A stretch of 34,539 nt of DNA from an uncultured Eubacterium sp. (GTDB taxonomy: Bacteria; Bacillota; Clostridia; Oscillospirales; Acutalibacteraceae). Below the pieces are notes generated by a model. The model did not search any database. It was not told where the DNA came from and saw only the letters and a program-made list of their open reading frames with translations. The translations under genes and the position numbers were made by a program. Location of the stretch: the NCBI GenBank assembly GCA_964538695.1, contig CAZIEH010000001.1, positions 1 through 34,539 on the forward strand. Direction: 5' to 3'. Shown piece by piece: positions 18,239-27,385 of this stretch (within the stretch, counting starts at the first letter, position 1; every line of letters begins with the position of its first letter).

Positions 18239-20449
18239 ATGAAGCAAGAATTTAAAATTACGGGAATGACCTGCGCCGCCTGCTCGGCAAGGGTTGAAAA
18301 GGTTGTAAAAAGACTTGACGGTGTAGAGCAATGCGTCGTTAATCTTATTTCGGCACGAATGACGGTTGAAACCACAGATGCGGTAACCGCAGAGGCTATT
18401 ATCGCCACTGTCGAAAAGGCAGGCTTCGGCGCGGAAATATACACCGCAAAAAAGGATAACAGCCGCGAGAACGACCTGAAAAAGCGCAAGAAGCGCCTTG
18501 TGTTCTCGGCGATTTTCGCATTGCCGCTGTTATATATCGCAATGGCACCTATGATAGGCTTGCCCGTACCGCAAATAATATCGCCCGATATACACCCCTT
18601 GCGATATGCGCTTGCACAGCTTGCACTTACACTGCCCGTAATTGCCGCAGGATACAGATTTTACACTGTCGGTGTTAAAGCACTGATTACAAGAAGTCCG
18701 AATATGGACAGTCTTATCTCGGTCGGCACAGCCGCCGCCTTCGGTTACAGTATTTACTCTGTTTTCGAAATAATAGGCGGTAACAGCCACGCGGTTCACG
18801 GACTGTATTTCGAATCTATCGGCGTTATAATAACGCTGATTATGCTCGGCAAAACGCTTGAGGCTATATCGCTTGGCAAAACCTCTGGCGCAATTAAAAG
18901 ACTTGTATCGCTTACGCCCGAAACCGCGGTTGTTCTGCGCGACGGGACCGAGCAGACAATATCTGTCGGCGATGTCGAAACGGGCGATACGGTAATAGTA
19001 AAGCCCGGCGCACGTATACCGGTTGACGGAACGGTTATAAACGGTTCATCGACTGTTGACGAGTCTATGCTGACGGGCGAAAGCCTGCCCGTAAAAAAGA
19101 CAGCAAATGACAATGTTTTCGCCGCAACAATAAACCAAAACGGCGCACTTGCCGTTCGTGCCGACAAGGTTGGTCGTTCGACCGTGCTTTCGGGAATAGT
19201 CGAGCTTGTTGAAAATGCACAGGGCACAAAAGCACCTATCGCACGCGTTGCCGACAGGGTTGCAGGCATTTTTGTGCCGACGGTAATGTGTATTGCCGCG
19301 GCGGTTTTTATAATATGGCTGCTGTGCGGCGAAAGCGTGCAAATGGCACTTACCGCGACCGTTTCTGTTCTTGTTATCGCCTGCCCCTGCGCGCTTGGAC
19401 TTGCCACACCGACCGCCATTATGGTAGGTACAGGTAAGGGTGCGGAAAAAAGCATTCTTATAAAAAGCGGTGCCGCGCTTGAAACGGCACACAAGCTTAC
19501 CACGGTCGTGCTTGACAAAACAGGCACGGTAACCTGCGGCACACCGTATGTTACCGATATTCGTACGCTTGGCACCGAAAGTGAAAACGAATGTCTTAAA
19601 AAGCTTGCGGCGGCAGAGCTTTTGTCGGAACATCCTATTGCAAAAGCGGTTGTGCGCACCGCCGAGGAGCGTGGACTGTCTTTCACTCACGCGGAAAGCT
19701 TTGAAAGCGTTACGGGCAAAGGCATTTCGGCTGTTGTCGATGGCAAAAAGCTGCTTATAGGCAACACCGCACTGCTTACGGAAAACGGCGTTAATATTTC
19801 TGCCGCAGAAAGCACGGTAAATGAATTTGCCCAGAGTGGTAAAACACCGCTTATCGCATCTTCAGACGGTACTTTGCTTTGCGTTGCCGCGGTTGCCGAT
19901 GCAATAAAGGACACAAGTGCCGAAGCAATTGCCACCCTTAAAAAATTAGGCATAAAAACCGTTATGCTTACAGGTGATAACGCCAAAACAGCCGATGCCG
20001 TAGCAAAAACCGTCGGCATAGACACCGTTATTGCAGGTGTTCTGCCCGACAAGAAAGCGGCAGAGGTTGAAAAGCTTATGCAAAACGGCGAAACCGTGGC
20101 AATGGTAGGTGACGGTATAAATGATGCACCTGCGCTCGCCGCGGCAGATGTCGGCATAGCCATCGGCAACGGTACGGATATCGCACTTGAGTCTGCCGAT
20201 ATAGTGCTTATGCACTCTGACCTACGCGATGTCGGCGAGGCGGTTAGGCTTTCGAAAGCCACCATAAAAAATATACGGCAAAATCTTTTCTGGGCATTTG
20301 CCTATAACTCTGCGGGAATACCGATTGCGGCAGGTCTTTTGTACGCATTCGGCGGACCGCTTTTGAACCCGATGATAGGGGCTGCGGCGATGTCGCTGTC
20401 ATCAATATCGGTACTGTGCAACGCATTGCGACTGCGCAATTTCAAATGA
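18239..20449 (+). CDS. copA: copper-translocating P1B-type ATPase
   Basis: N-terminal HMA domain [13 protein letters not shown], the TM CPC motif ([11 protein letters not shown]), the DKTGT phosphorylation site and the GDGINDAP hinge. Confidence 0.92.
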   Translation: MKQEFKITGMTCAACSARVEKVVKRLDGVEQCVVNLISARMTVETTDAVTAEAIIATVEKAGFGAEIYTAKKDNSRENDLKKRKKRLVFSAIFALPLLYIAMAPMIGLPVPQIISPDIHPLRYALAQLALTLPVIAAGYRFYTVGVKALITRSPNMDSLISVGTAAAFGYSIYSVFEIIGGNSHAVHGLYFESIGVIITLIMLGKTLEAISLGKTSGAIKRLVSLTPETAVVLRDGTEQTISVGDVETGDTVIVKPGARIPVDGTVINGSSTVDESMLTGESLPVKKTANDNVFAATINQNGALAVRADKVGRSTVLSGIVELVENAQGTKAPIARVADRVAGIFVPTVMCIAAAVFIIWLLCGESVQMALTATVSVLVIACPCALGLATPTAIMVGTGKGAEKSILIKSGAALETAHKLTTVVLDKTGTVTCGTPYVTDIRTLGTESENECLKKLAAAELLSEHPIAKAVVRTAEERGLSFTHAESFESVTGKGISAVVDGKKLLIGNTALLTENGVNISAAESTVNEFAQSGKTPLIASSDGTLLCVAAVADAIKDTSAEAIATLKKLGIKTVMLTGDNAKTADAVAKTVGIDTVIAGVLPDKKAAEVEKLMQNGETVAMVGDGINDAPALAAADVGIAIGNGTDIALESADIVLMHSDLRDVGEAVRLSKATIKNIRQNLFWAFAYNSAGIPIAAGLLYAFGGPLLNPMIGAAAMSLSSISVLCNALRLRNFK

Positions 20450-20475
20450 TTTCAGTTTTAAAGGAGAATAATATT

Positions 20476-20694
20476 ATGAATAACACAGTAACAACCAAGC
20501 TTCACACACCCGAAATGATGTGCGCACATTGCGAAAGCAATATTAAAAACACCGTGTCGGCACTTGAATTTGTCGAAAGCGTGCAGACCGATTTGGCAAC
20601 CAAAACCGTTACCGTACAGCACAGCGATTTACTTGAAATAAATGCCATTGTCGCCGCGCTTGACGATGCAGGCTATGATGCCGAAATTATCTGA
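20476..20694 (+). CDS. copZ: heavy-metal-associated (HMA) domain copper chaperone
   Basis: A 72-aa protein with the M-x-C-x-H-C metal site (EMMCAHCESNIK). AAGGAG RBS lies 9 nt before ATG 20476; the 92-aa track version overlaps copA. Confidence 0.75.
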   Translation: MNNTVTTKLHTPEMMCAHCESNIKNTVSALEFVESVQTDLATKTVTVQHSDLLEINAIVAALDDAGYDAEII

Positions 20695-20713
20695 TTTTTA
20701 AAGGGTGACCGAT

Positions 20714-21307
20714 ATGTCTACTTTTACAGTCGGCTTAACAGGCCCAACGGGCGCAGGCAAATCCACCGCGGCACTTGCCGCGAAGGATAACGGATTTGCG
20801 GTTATCGATGCAGATGTTACTGCAAGACAGGCAACCGAAAAGGGCTCGCCGCTTTTGGAAATCCTATATCGACAGTTCGGCGATGTTTTAAATCCCGACG
20901 GCACACTTGACCGCAAGCAGCTTGCCACGCGCGCCTTTTGCGACCGCGAAAGCACCGAAAAGCTTAACGGCATTATGCTGCCGTATATCAAAAGCTTAAT
21001 TACGGCGCAGATAGATGCTTTGAAAAAAGAGGGTAAAAGCCTTATTTTGCTTGACGCACCCACACTTTTCGAGGCAGGTGCAGATGATATTTGCGACACC
21101 GTTATAGGTGTGCTTGCGCCGCTTGAAAATCGTTTACAAAGAATAATAAGCCGCGATAATATGACAAAGGGTGCCGCGCTTATGCGCATAAACGCAGGCA
21201 AAACCGACGAATATTACAAACAGCGCTGTGCATACATTCTTGTAAATGACGGCGATATTTCACATTTTTATGATGACTGCGACAAGCTTTTTAAAGCTTT
21301 AATTTAA
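20714..21307 (+). CDS. coaE: dephospho-CoA kinase
   Basis: P-loop VGLTGPTGAGKST followed by IDADVTARQ, about 197 aa, typical CoaE. ATG 20714 is preferred over GTG 20705 because of its spacing to AAAGGG. Confidence 0.85.
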   Translation: MSTFTVGLTGPTGAGKSTAALAAKDNGFAVIDADVTARQATEKGSPLLEILYRQFGDVLNPDGTLDRKQLATRAFCDRESTEKLNGIMLPYIKSLITAQIDALKKEGKSLILLDAPTLFEAGADDICDTVIGVLAPLENRLQRIISRDNMTKGAALMRINAGKTDEYYKQRCAYILVNDGDISHFYDDCDKLFKALI

Positions 21308-21342
21308 AAACTGCGCGCAAATTTTTAAGGGGGACAAAAAGC

Positions 21343-21924
21343 TTGAAACTGTTACCAAGACCGATTATGCGGATTTTAAGGCGTTTTTTGATTTTTGCCC
21401 TTTCCATCGCCGTGGCGCTTTTGCTTGCAGACCGCGCTGTTTTGCAAATCGGAAAATGGCTTTACCCTACAGATTACGGCGAATATATAGAAAAATACTG
21501 CACCGATTACGGCGTTGAAAAAGCATTCGGCTATGCTATGGTAAAATGCGAAAGCAATTTCGACGCGAATGCCGAGTCATCGGCAGGTGCCGTCGGGCTT
21601 ATGCAATTAACACCCGACACATTCGACTGGCTTTGCGAGCGCTTGGACGGTGAAAAAGCCGACCATGCCCTGCTGTACCACCCCGAAACCAACATTCGGT
21701 GCGGCATATACTATATCTCGTATTTACAGACCATTTTCGAAACCGAAACCGAGGTAATTGCCGCCTATAACGCAGGCCCTGCGCGTGTTAAAGAATGGCT
21801 TGGCGACGACAGCTACTCTTACGACGGTACCACACTTTACACCACGCCGTATAACGAAACCGAAAATCACATAAAAAAAGTTATTAACGCAAAAATAAGG
21901 TATACCAAGCTATATAACTTTTAA
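21343..21924 (+). CDS. lytic transglycosylase (SLT domain), membrane-anchored
   Basis: N-terminal TM. Has the SLT catalytic block CESNFDANAESSAGAVGLMQL and AYNAGPARV. TTG start lies 8 nt after AAGGGGGA. Confidence 0.8.
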   Translation: MKLLPRPIMRILRRFLIFALSIAVALLLADRAVLQIGKWLYPTDYGEYIEKYCTDYGVEKAFGYAMVKCESNFDANAESSAGAVGLMQLTPDTFDWLCERLDGEKADHALLYHPETNIRCGIYYISYLQTIFETETEVIAAYNAGPARVKEWLGDDSYSYDGTTLYTTPYNETENHIKKVINAKIRYTKLYNF

Positions 21925-21951
21925 TATATAACCGTGAAAGGATATGATTTT

Positions 21952-23349
21952 ATGAGCGATACACAAAATCTGCAACAAATGCGTGACCGCCTTTTGCTTA
22001 ACCGCAAAAACGGCAGAATGACCGCAAGCGCGGCTGAGCTTTGTGAATGTGACGCATTTTGCGAGGACTACAAGCAGTTTTTAAACGCCGCCAAGACCGA
22101 GCGCGAGGCGGTTACTACCGCGGTAGAGCTACTTGAAAAAGCAGGCTTTAAGCCTTTAAAGCAGGGCGTTAAGTACACCGTCGGTGACAGGGTTTATTTC
22201 AACAACCGCGGCAAAGCACTTGCGGCGGCGATAATAGGCAAAAAGCCGGTTGAGGACGGTGTCAGAATAGCGGCGGCGCATATCGACTCTCCCCGACTTG
22301 ATTTAAAGCCCAATCCGCTTTACGAAAGTGATGAGCTTGCGCTTTTCAAAACACACTACTACGGCGGCATCAAAAAATATCAGTGGACGGCAATTCCCCT
22401 TGCACTTCACGGTGTTGTGTGTAAAAAAGACGGTACGGATGTTACCGTTTGCATAGGCGAGGACGAGTCTGACCCCAAATTTGTTATAACCGACCTTTTG
22501 CCGCACCTTGCGCAGGAGCAAAGCAAGCGCACCTTGAACGACGGCATACGCGGCGAGGAGCTAAACATTCTTATAGGCAGTCACCCCATTGCCAACGACG
22601 AGGGCGGCGACCTTGTTAAGCTGAATATACTGAAAATTCTGAACGAAAAGTACGGCATTACCGAAAGTGACTTTTTGTCGGCAGAGCTTGAATGTGTGCC
22701 TGCGACAAAGGCGTGCGATATAGGTCTTGACCGTTCTATGATAGGCTCGTACGGACAAGATGACCGCGTTTGCGCATATCCTGCACTGCGTGCCGTGCTT
22801 GATACAAAGGAATGTGAATATACCGCTGTTACCATACTTGCCGATAAAGAAGAAACAGGCTCTGACGGCAATACGGGTATGAATTCCGCGTGGCTTAAAT
22901 ACTTTATCTACGACCTTGCAAATTCGCAGGGCGGCGATATTCACCACGCATTAAGCAATTCAAAATGCCTTTCTGCAGATGTCAACGCCGCATACGACCC
23001 CACCTTCCCCGATGTTATGGAAAAACGCAACGCATCTATGCTGAATTACGGCGCCGTGATAACCAAATATACAGGCGCGCGCGGAAAATCGGGTACTTCC
23101 GATGCATCTGCGGAATATGTACGCGAAATACGCGCAATGCTTGACAATGCAGGTATTGCTTGGCAACACGGCGAGCTTGGCAAGGTTGACCTTGGCGGCG
23201 GCGGTACGGTTGCAATGTATATTGCAAATCTCGGTGTCGATGTTGTCGACCTCGGTGTCCCTGTGCTTTCAATGCACGCCCCGTTCGAGGTCGTCGGCAA
23301 GCTTGATGTCTATATGACCTACCGCACAGTGTGCGAATTTTATAAATAA
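21952..23349 (+). CDS. M18-family aminopeptidase
   Basis: Has AAHIDSPRLDLKPNP, the LADKEETGS acidic block and a SMHAP C-terminal block typical of M18 (aspartyl/aminopeptidase 1-like) enzymes. ATG 21952 lies behind AAAGGA. Confidence 0.8.
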   Translation: MSDTQNLQQMRDRLLLNRKNGRMTASAAELCECDAFCEDYKQFLNAAKTEREAVTTAVELLEKAGFKPLKQGVKYTVGDRVYFNNRGKALAAAIIGKKPVEDGVRIAAAHIDSPRLDLKPNPLYESDELALFKTHYYGGIKKYQWTAIPLALHGVVCKKDGTDVTVCIGEDESDPKFVITDLLPHLAQEQSKRTLNDGIRGEELNILIGSHPIANDEGGDLVKLNILKILNEKYGITESDFLSAELECVPATKACDIGLDRSMIGSYGQDDRVCAYPALRAVLDTKECEYTAVTILADKEETGSDGNTGMNSAWLKYFIYDLANSQGGDIHHALSNSKCLSADVNAAYDPTFPDVMEKRNASMLNYGAVITKYTGARGKSGTSDASAEYVREIRAMLDNAGIAWQHGELGKVDLGGGGTVAMYIANLGVDVVDLGVPVLSMHAPFEVVGKLDVYMTYRTVCEFYK

Positions 23350-23426
23350 AAGTACAGAATTAAAATTAAAAAAGCTTCCACCTTCGTTTTACACGAAATT
23401 TTTATCGTGTCGGCTTTTCTATCACA

Positions 23427-23469
23427 CAAAAACTGCTGTTCCGTCAAACCAACGGAACAGCAGTTTTTT
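23427..23469. terminator. bidirectional rho-independent terminator
   Basis: CTGCTGTTCCG (23433-23443) pairs with CGGAACAGCAG (23453-23463), flanked by AAAAA and TTTTTT. Confidence 0.75.
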
Positions 23470-23487
23470 ATCTGTGAAATATAATTT

Positions 23488-24276
23488 TTATTCGGTATCG
23501 GTCATAACCGCTTGCTCGTCATACTCTATAAGTCCCAGCTCGCGCAGGGTGCGTTCGCCCTCGCCCGGGTGGTCGCGCATAAACGGCTCTATCATATTTT
23601 TATACATTACTGGGTAAATATGGTACTGTACCGTAAAATAGCGCAGTGCAGGTATAAGCAGTATATAAAGACTTATTGCTATACCCAACCCTACATAAAA
23701 GTTGAAAAGCATAGGCAAGCATATAATCGTAAGCGATGCGGCGTGAATAATTAAAATTAAAAAGTTTCTGCCTATGCCTGCGAAAGAAAGTATCAGCGCG
23801 TTTTTGTAAAGCTGACCGAGCGTTACATTAAAGGTTATAAGAATAGCAGGGGTGTAATATCTTATAAACATTACAAGAAAAACCGCCGCCATAGACACAG
23901 CAAGCATTATGAAATTTACGCCGCTTTGGGGGTCGTTATAAATATAATACGCCGAAAAAAGAGATACCGCCGATAAAAGGTTGTTGATTATACCCATTGG
24001 CAAGGCTTTTTTCCAATTTTCGCGTATTGCTTCGAAATATTCCGAAATAAAACAATGTCGGTCGCGAACCGCAAGCCGCGCAAGTCGCGCAGAGCCGACT
24101 GCACCCAAGCCGTGTGCGATAATGCTAATATTGAAAAGCGCAGTAAGCAAGCCAACCTCAAGCATTTTGCCATAATGCCTTTTGAAAAGTGAAAAAAACT
24201 TTACGAATCCCCTATAATGCGGCTCGTTTTTAGAAACGCCTGCGCCCACTTTTTCGGGCGACGAAAATAATGCCAT
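23488..24276 (-). CDS. DUF624/YesL-family membrane protein
   Basis: Six hydrophobic segments. The N-terminal region (FVKFFSLFKRHYGKMLEVGLLTALFNI) resembles the YesL family. The start could be ATG 24276 or ATG 24288. Confidence 0.6.
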   Translation of the reverse strand: MALFSSPEKVGAGVSKNEPHYRGFVKFFSLFKRHYGKMLEVGLLTALFNISIIAHGLGAVGSARLARLAVRDRHCFISEYFEAIRENWKKALPMGIINNLLSAVSLFSAYYIYNDPQSGVNFIMLAVSMAAVFLVMFIRYYTPAILITFNVTLGQLYKNALILSFAGIGRNFLILIIHAASLTIICLPMLFNFYVGLGIAISLYILLIPALRYFTVQYHIYPVMYKNMIEPFMRDHPGEGERTLRELGLIEYDEQAVMTDTE

Positions 24277-24324
24277 ATGCTTCACCATCGTACAAAATTA
24301 TTTACCGTCAACACGGCAAATAAT

Positions 24325-24353
24325 ATGATAACACAAAAAACATCGGTTGACAA
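24325..24353 (-). promoter_or_regulatory. sigma-A-like promoter for the DUF624 gene
   Basis: On the minus strand: TTGTCA (24348-24353), a 17-nt spacer, then TATCAT (24325-24330). Confidence 0.35.
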
Positions 24354-24532
24354 GTGGCATAGCGAAAGATTACAAATTAGTTACAATTTTTCGCCCCAAA
24401 AACCGAATTTTTCTCGGCTGTGCATAATTGATATTTAGCACGACTGTTTAAATGTATAATTTAGGGTCTTTTTTGCGAAAATGTTCATTTTATTAACTTA
24501 AATTACAATTTTAAACACCGCTTGATTTTAAA

Positions 24533-24651
24533 TTATACAAATAGTAATCCACCTTTTCCACAGGGTTTTCCACATATTTGCGGTAGTAAAACAGCTTATT
24601 AACGCGATTTAGGGGTTAGAATGTTAGTAACTATGTGGAAAACTTGGAAAA
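24533..24651. repeat. cluster of TTTTCCACA (DnaA-box-like) 9-mers arranged as nested direct and inverted repeats
   Basis: Perfect TTTTCCACA at 24554-24562 and 24566-24574, with the inverted copy TGTGGAAAA at 24634-24642. Degenerate copies are TTATACAAA (24533), TAATCCACC (24545) and TTGGAAAA (24644). GTTTTCCACATA / TATGTGGAAAAC form a 12-bp inverted repeat separated by 55 nt. Confidence 0.6.
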
Positions 24652-24804
24652 CTTCAGGGGTAATTTACTTTACATAATTTTTTACACCAACTGCAAACGA
24701 ACATCACTTTACATTTTGTATAATTTTTATATTAAGCTATCAATTTTGGCGACAAAAAGGTTAAAAATAGGTTAAATTTAGGTTGCAATTAAATAAATTT
24801 ACAA

Positions 24805-27105
24805 TTAAAGCTTGCCGTTAAGTATTGTCACCATAACCGTTATATCGTCTGGGTGGTTCGGGTCGGCGCGGCGTACCGCCGCCTCGGCAAGCTGTTCGGA
24901 AAGCTGTTGCGCCGTACCGCCGTCAAAATTTTCAATTTCGGTACACAACCAATCGGTACCGTCGTAACAAGCACCGTCCGACACAAGTACAACAATATCA
25001 CCTTTTTTAAGCACCACACCCGAACGGTCAAAGCCAATGTCACGCAAAATGCCCACAGGCAACGACTTGCTTTCTGCCCTGCCCACACGCATACCGCGGC
25101 GCACAAGTGTCGGCGCGGCACCTGCCTTATAAAATTTGGTTTCACCCGTGTACAAGTCCATAACCGCAATATCTACGGTAGAAAGTGATTCCTCGGTCGA
25201 TTTATATAGCAGTGCCGAGTTTACAATCCGCAGTGAACAGTCGGCACCGAAGCCTGCTTTCAGCAGTCTTTCCATCAGTCCTGCCGTCATAGCACCGTCG
25301 ACAGCGGCTGCTCCACCCGTTCCCATACCGTCAGCAAGCAACATATAATATCTGCCGCAACCGTCACCGAAGGTGCGGTACGCATCGCCGCAAATTCCCG
25401 TTTCCTCTGCCTGAATTTGTGTAACACCGATTTCGGGTGTCAGCTTTGCCGCCTCGCAAACTGTCATATACAGTATATCGCCAAGCTTTTTAAAACGCGG
25501 CGGCTCAAAGCTTCTTTCACAAGCGCCTTGCAGTCTGTCGCGCAGTTGCTTGCGGTTAATTATATGGTCACCGACATTGTGCAGCTTTGCCTCTATCATC
25601 ATTCTGCCGAACTTGTCGACAGAACATCCGCAATCGGTTGTAAGCAGTCCCATCTCGCGCAGTACGGCAACCACGCGTTCAGCCATATCAAGGTCGTACT
25701 TTCGTGCAGTTTCAAACTCGTCGGCAAGGTCAAGAAGCATATCCGAAATGCCGTCGAATTGGTCTGAAACAACGCCGCGCACCTGTGCAATGCGCTCGTC
25801 GGCGCGCTTGCGTGAAAGATAATCGCCGTAAACCGATTTCAACGCCGCCTCTACACCGTCGGCGCGCAGGCATTTTTCGGCAAAGTCGGGTACGACATCT
25901 GCAAGCTTTGCATCACCTTTTCTGAATTCATCTGCAAACGCCCCAAGTGCGCGCAGGGTTTCATCGCGTTTACTTTCCCAACAGCTTATTCTGAACGAAC
26001 AGCCCATACACGCGCGTTCCTCGCACCGCGCGAAAATATCCGCCCTTTGTGGCGACTGTATTCGTTTAAGCCGCTTTGCAACCTCCTCGATAGTCCCAGA
26101 AACATCGCCGAGTGCAGAGCTGGCATATTTCAGCCGCACAACAAGGCTTTTTCGCATACCCTCAAGACTTTCAAGCTTTACGGGCGGCGTGAAAAAGCCC
26201 GCTATAACAGCGCAAAGCTGTCGCGGCAACACCAAAAACACACCGACACCTAATATAATCTCTACCACCTGTGCAATACTTCCGACACCCGAGCCGAACA
26301 TTATTAAAGATATTATCGACGGTACCGTAAAACCGATTATCGCCATCGCTCTGCCACCGCCCGAGAAAAGCCCTGAAATCATACCGCCGACGGCATAAAT
26401 GCAAATTGCCCTTGCATCGTTTTGCGATATTGCCGCCGCAAAGCCGACAGCAGTGCCTGCAATCGCACCGCCGCTAACGCCGCCAAATCGCGCCGCCACA
26501 AGTACCGTTGCAACAATAATAACACGCCCGAGCGAAAATCCCCATAAGGTTATCGGCACAAGTGCCATTAGCACCATATCAGCCGTTACTATTACCGAGG
26601 CAAGCTCCTCTCCGCCGAGTCCGACACCACTGAAAGGGTTTATTTCAAAAGTGCGCGCCGCGAAATATGTAAGCCCACCCGAAAGCACACCCTCGCAAAG
26701 AAGTAACAGCGTGTTTTCGGAATCACTCATACAATATACAAGGTTACACACCGTTACCGCCGCAAGCGAAATTACCGAGCCAAACGCCGCACCCGTTGCA
26801 AGTCGCCCTATACCGCTTGTCAACAGCCGTATGCTTACCACCGCAAAAAGCGCCGCTATATACCTAAACGGTGTTTCCGCGCCGACAAAAAACAAATACC
26901 CCAAAAAAGAGCCTATTGAAGCACTTAAAACATACCTTTTATCTACCGATGCCGAATACACAACCCCCAGCGGCGTAAGCACCGACATTAGCTTTACCTG
27001 CGCGCAGGCGATGCCGCAAACGGCGTAAATCGCGTAAATCATCATTTTTCGCACGATATCTGGTATATGAACGCCCTGTACCGTCGATTTAATATCTTCC
27101 CTCAT
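24805..27105 (-). CDS. spoIIE: stage II sporulation protein E (PP2C-type serine phosphatase with a polytopic membrane domain)
   Basis: About 10 N-terminal TM helices, a central regulatory region and a C-terminal PP2C domain (GDAYRTF ... MLLADGMGTGGAAAVDG ... VLVSDGA). Length 766 aa. AAAGGAA RBS. Confidence 0.9.
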   Translation of the reverse strand: MREDIKSTVQGVHIPDIVRKMMIYAIYAVCGIACAQVKLMSVLTPLGVVYSASVDKRYVLSASIGSFLGYLFFVGAETPFRYIAALFAVVSIRLLTSGIGRLATGAAFGSVISLAAVTVCNLVYCMSDSENTLLLLCEGVLSGGLTYFAARTFEINPFSGVGLGGEELASVIVTADMVLMALVPITLWGFSLGRVIIVATVLVAARFGGVSGGAIAGTAVGFAAAISQNDARAICIYAVGGMISGLFSGGGRAMAIIGFTVPSIISLIMFGSGVGSIAQVVEIILGVGVFLVLPRQLCAVIAGFFTPPVKLESLEGMRKSLVVRLKYASSALGDVSGTIEEVAKRLKRIQSPQRADIFARCEERACMGCSFRISCWESKRDETLRALGAFADEFRKGDAKLADVVPDFAEKCLRADGVEAALKSVYGDYLSRKRADERIAQVRGVVSDQFDGISDMLLDLADEFETARKYDLDMAERVVAVLREMGLLTTDCGCSVDKFGRMMIEAKLHNVGDHIINRKQLRDRLQGACERSFEPPRFKKLGDILYMTVCEAAKLTPEIGVTQIQAEETGICGDAYRTFGDGCGRYYMLLADGMGTGGAAAVDGAMTAGLMERLLKAGFGADCSLRIVNSALLYKSTEESLSTVDIAVMDLYTGETKFYKAGAAPTLVRRGMRVGRAESKSLPVGILRDIGFDRSGVVLKKGDIVVLVSDGACYDGTDWLCTEIENFDGGTAQQLSEQLAEAAVRRADPNHPDDITVMVTILNGKL

Positions 27106-27154
27106 TTTTACCGTTCCTTTCGAAAAGCAATATTTAACGCTGTTTTTCGTTATA

Positions 27155-27187
27155 CATTATACCCCCCTGCGGCGGCACAATTTGTCA
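27155..27187 (-). promoter_or_regulatory. spoIIE promoter with an overlong 21-nt spacer (Spo0A-activated architecture)
   Basis: On the minus strand: perfect TTGACA (27182-27187), a 21-nt spacer (aattgtgccgccgcagggggg), then perfect TATAAT (27155-27160), about 50 nt upstream of the ATG. Confidence 0.5.
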
Positions 27188-27280
27188 ACTAATAAATGCC
27201 GAAAGCTATAATATTGCAGTTCTTTTTGTTGCGGCTTGTCGCAATACGGTTTTGCGGCGAAATATGCTGTTTTTCGCACC

Positions 27281-27311
27281 CTTAACAAATTTTACGGCTG
27301 TTGCATATAAT
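27281..27311 (+). promoter_or_regulatory. promoter for the cysteine-rich protein gene (readable as sigma-A-like or sigma-K-like)
   Basis: TTAACA (27281-27286), an 18-nt spacer, then TATAAT (27305-27310). The same bases read AC-N17-CATATAATA, which fits the AC / CATAnnnTA mother-cell sigma-K pattern. Confidence 0.3.
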
Positions 27312-27385
27312 ACCTGTGACGGTACAGAAAAACTGTCTTATAACAAAGCTTTTCAGGCTTTAATACTATTCGGGAGGATTACCTT

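Noticed and set aside
18796-20265. Long antisense ORFs inside copA (296, 214 and 192 aa)
   Set aside because: These are alternative-frame artefacts opposite a confidently identified P-type ATPase gene. Their translations are low-complexity (Ser/Ala/Thr/Arg-rich) and have no RBS.
18239-20694. Missing copper-responsive repressor (CsoR/CopY) next to copA-copZ as an anomaly
   Set aside because: Regulators of cop operons are often encoded elsewhere. Absence from a 34-kb window is not informative.
24289-24804. Chromosomal replication origin (oriC)
   Set aside because: DnaA-box-like words and AT-rich DNA are present. However, no dnaA, dnaN, rpmH or other origin-linked genes are nearby, and there are only three perfect boxes. 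This is kept as a regulatory or titration-site hypothesis instead.
26399-27028. 209-aa plus-strand ORF antisense to spoIIE
   Set aside because: It mirrors the hydrophobic membrane domain of spoIIE. It is Ala/Pro/Thr/Ser-rich with no RBS, so it is an artefact of codon bias.
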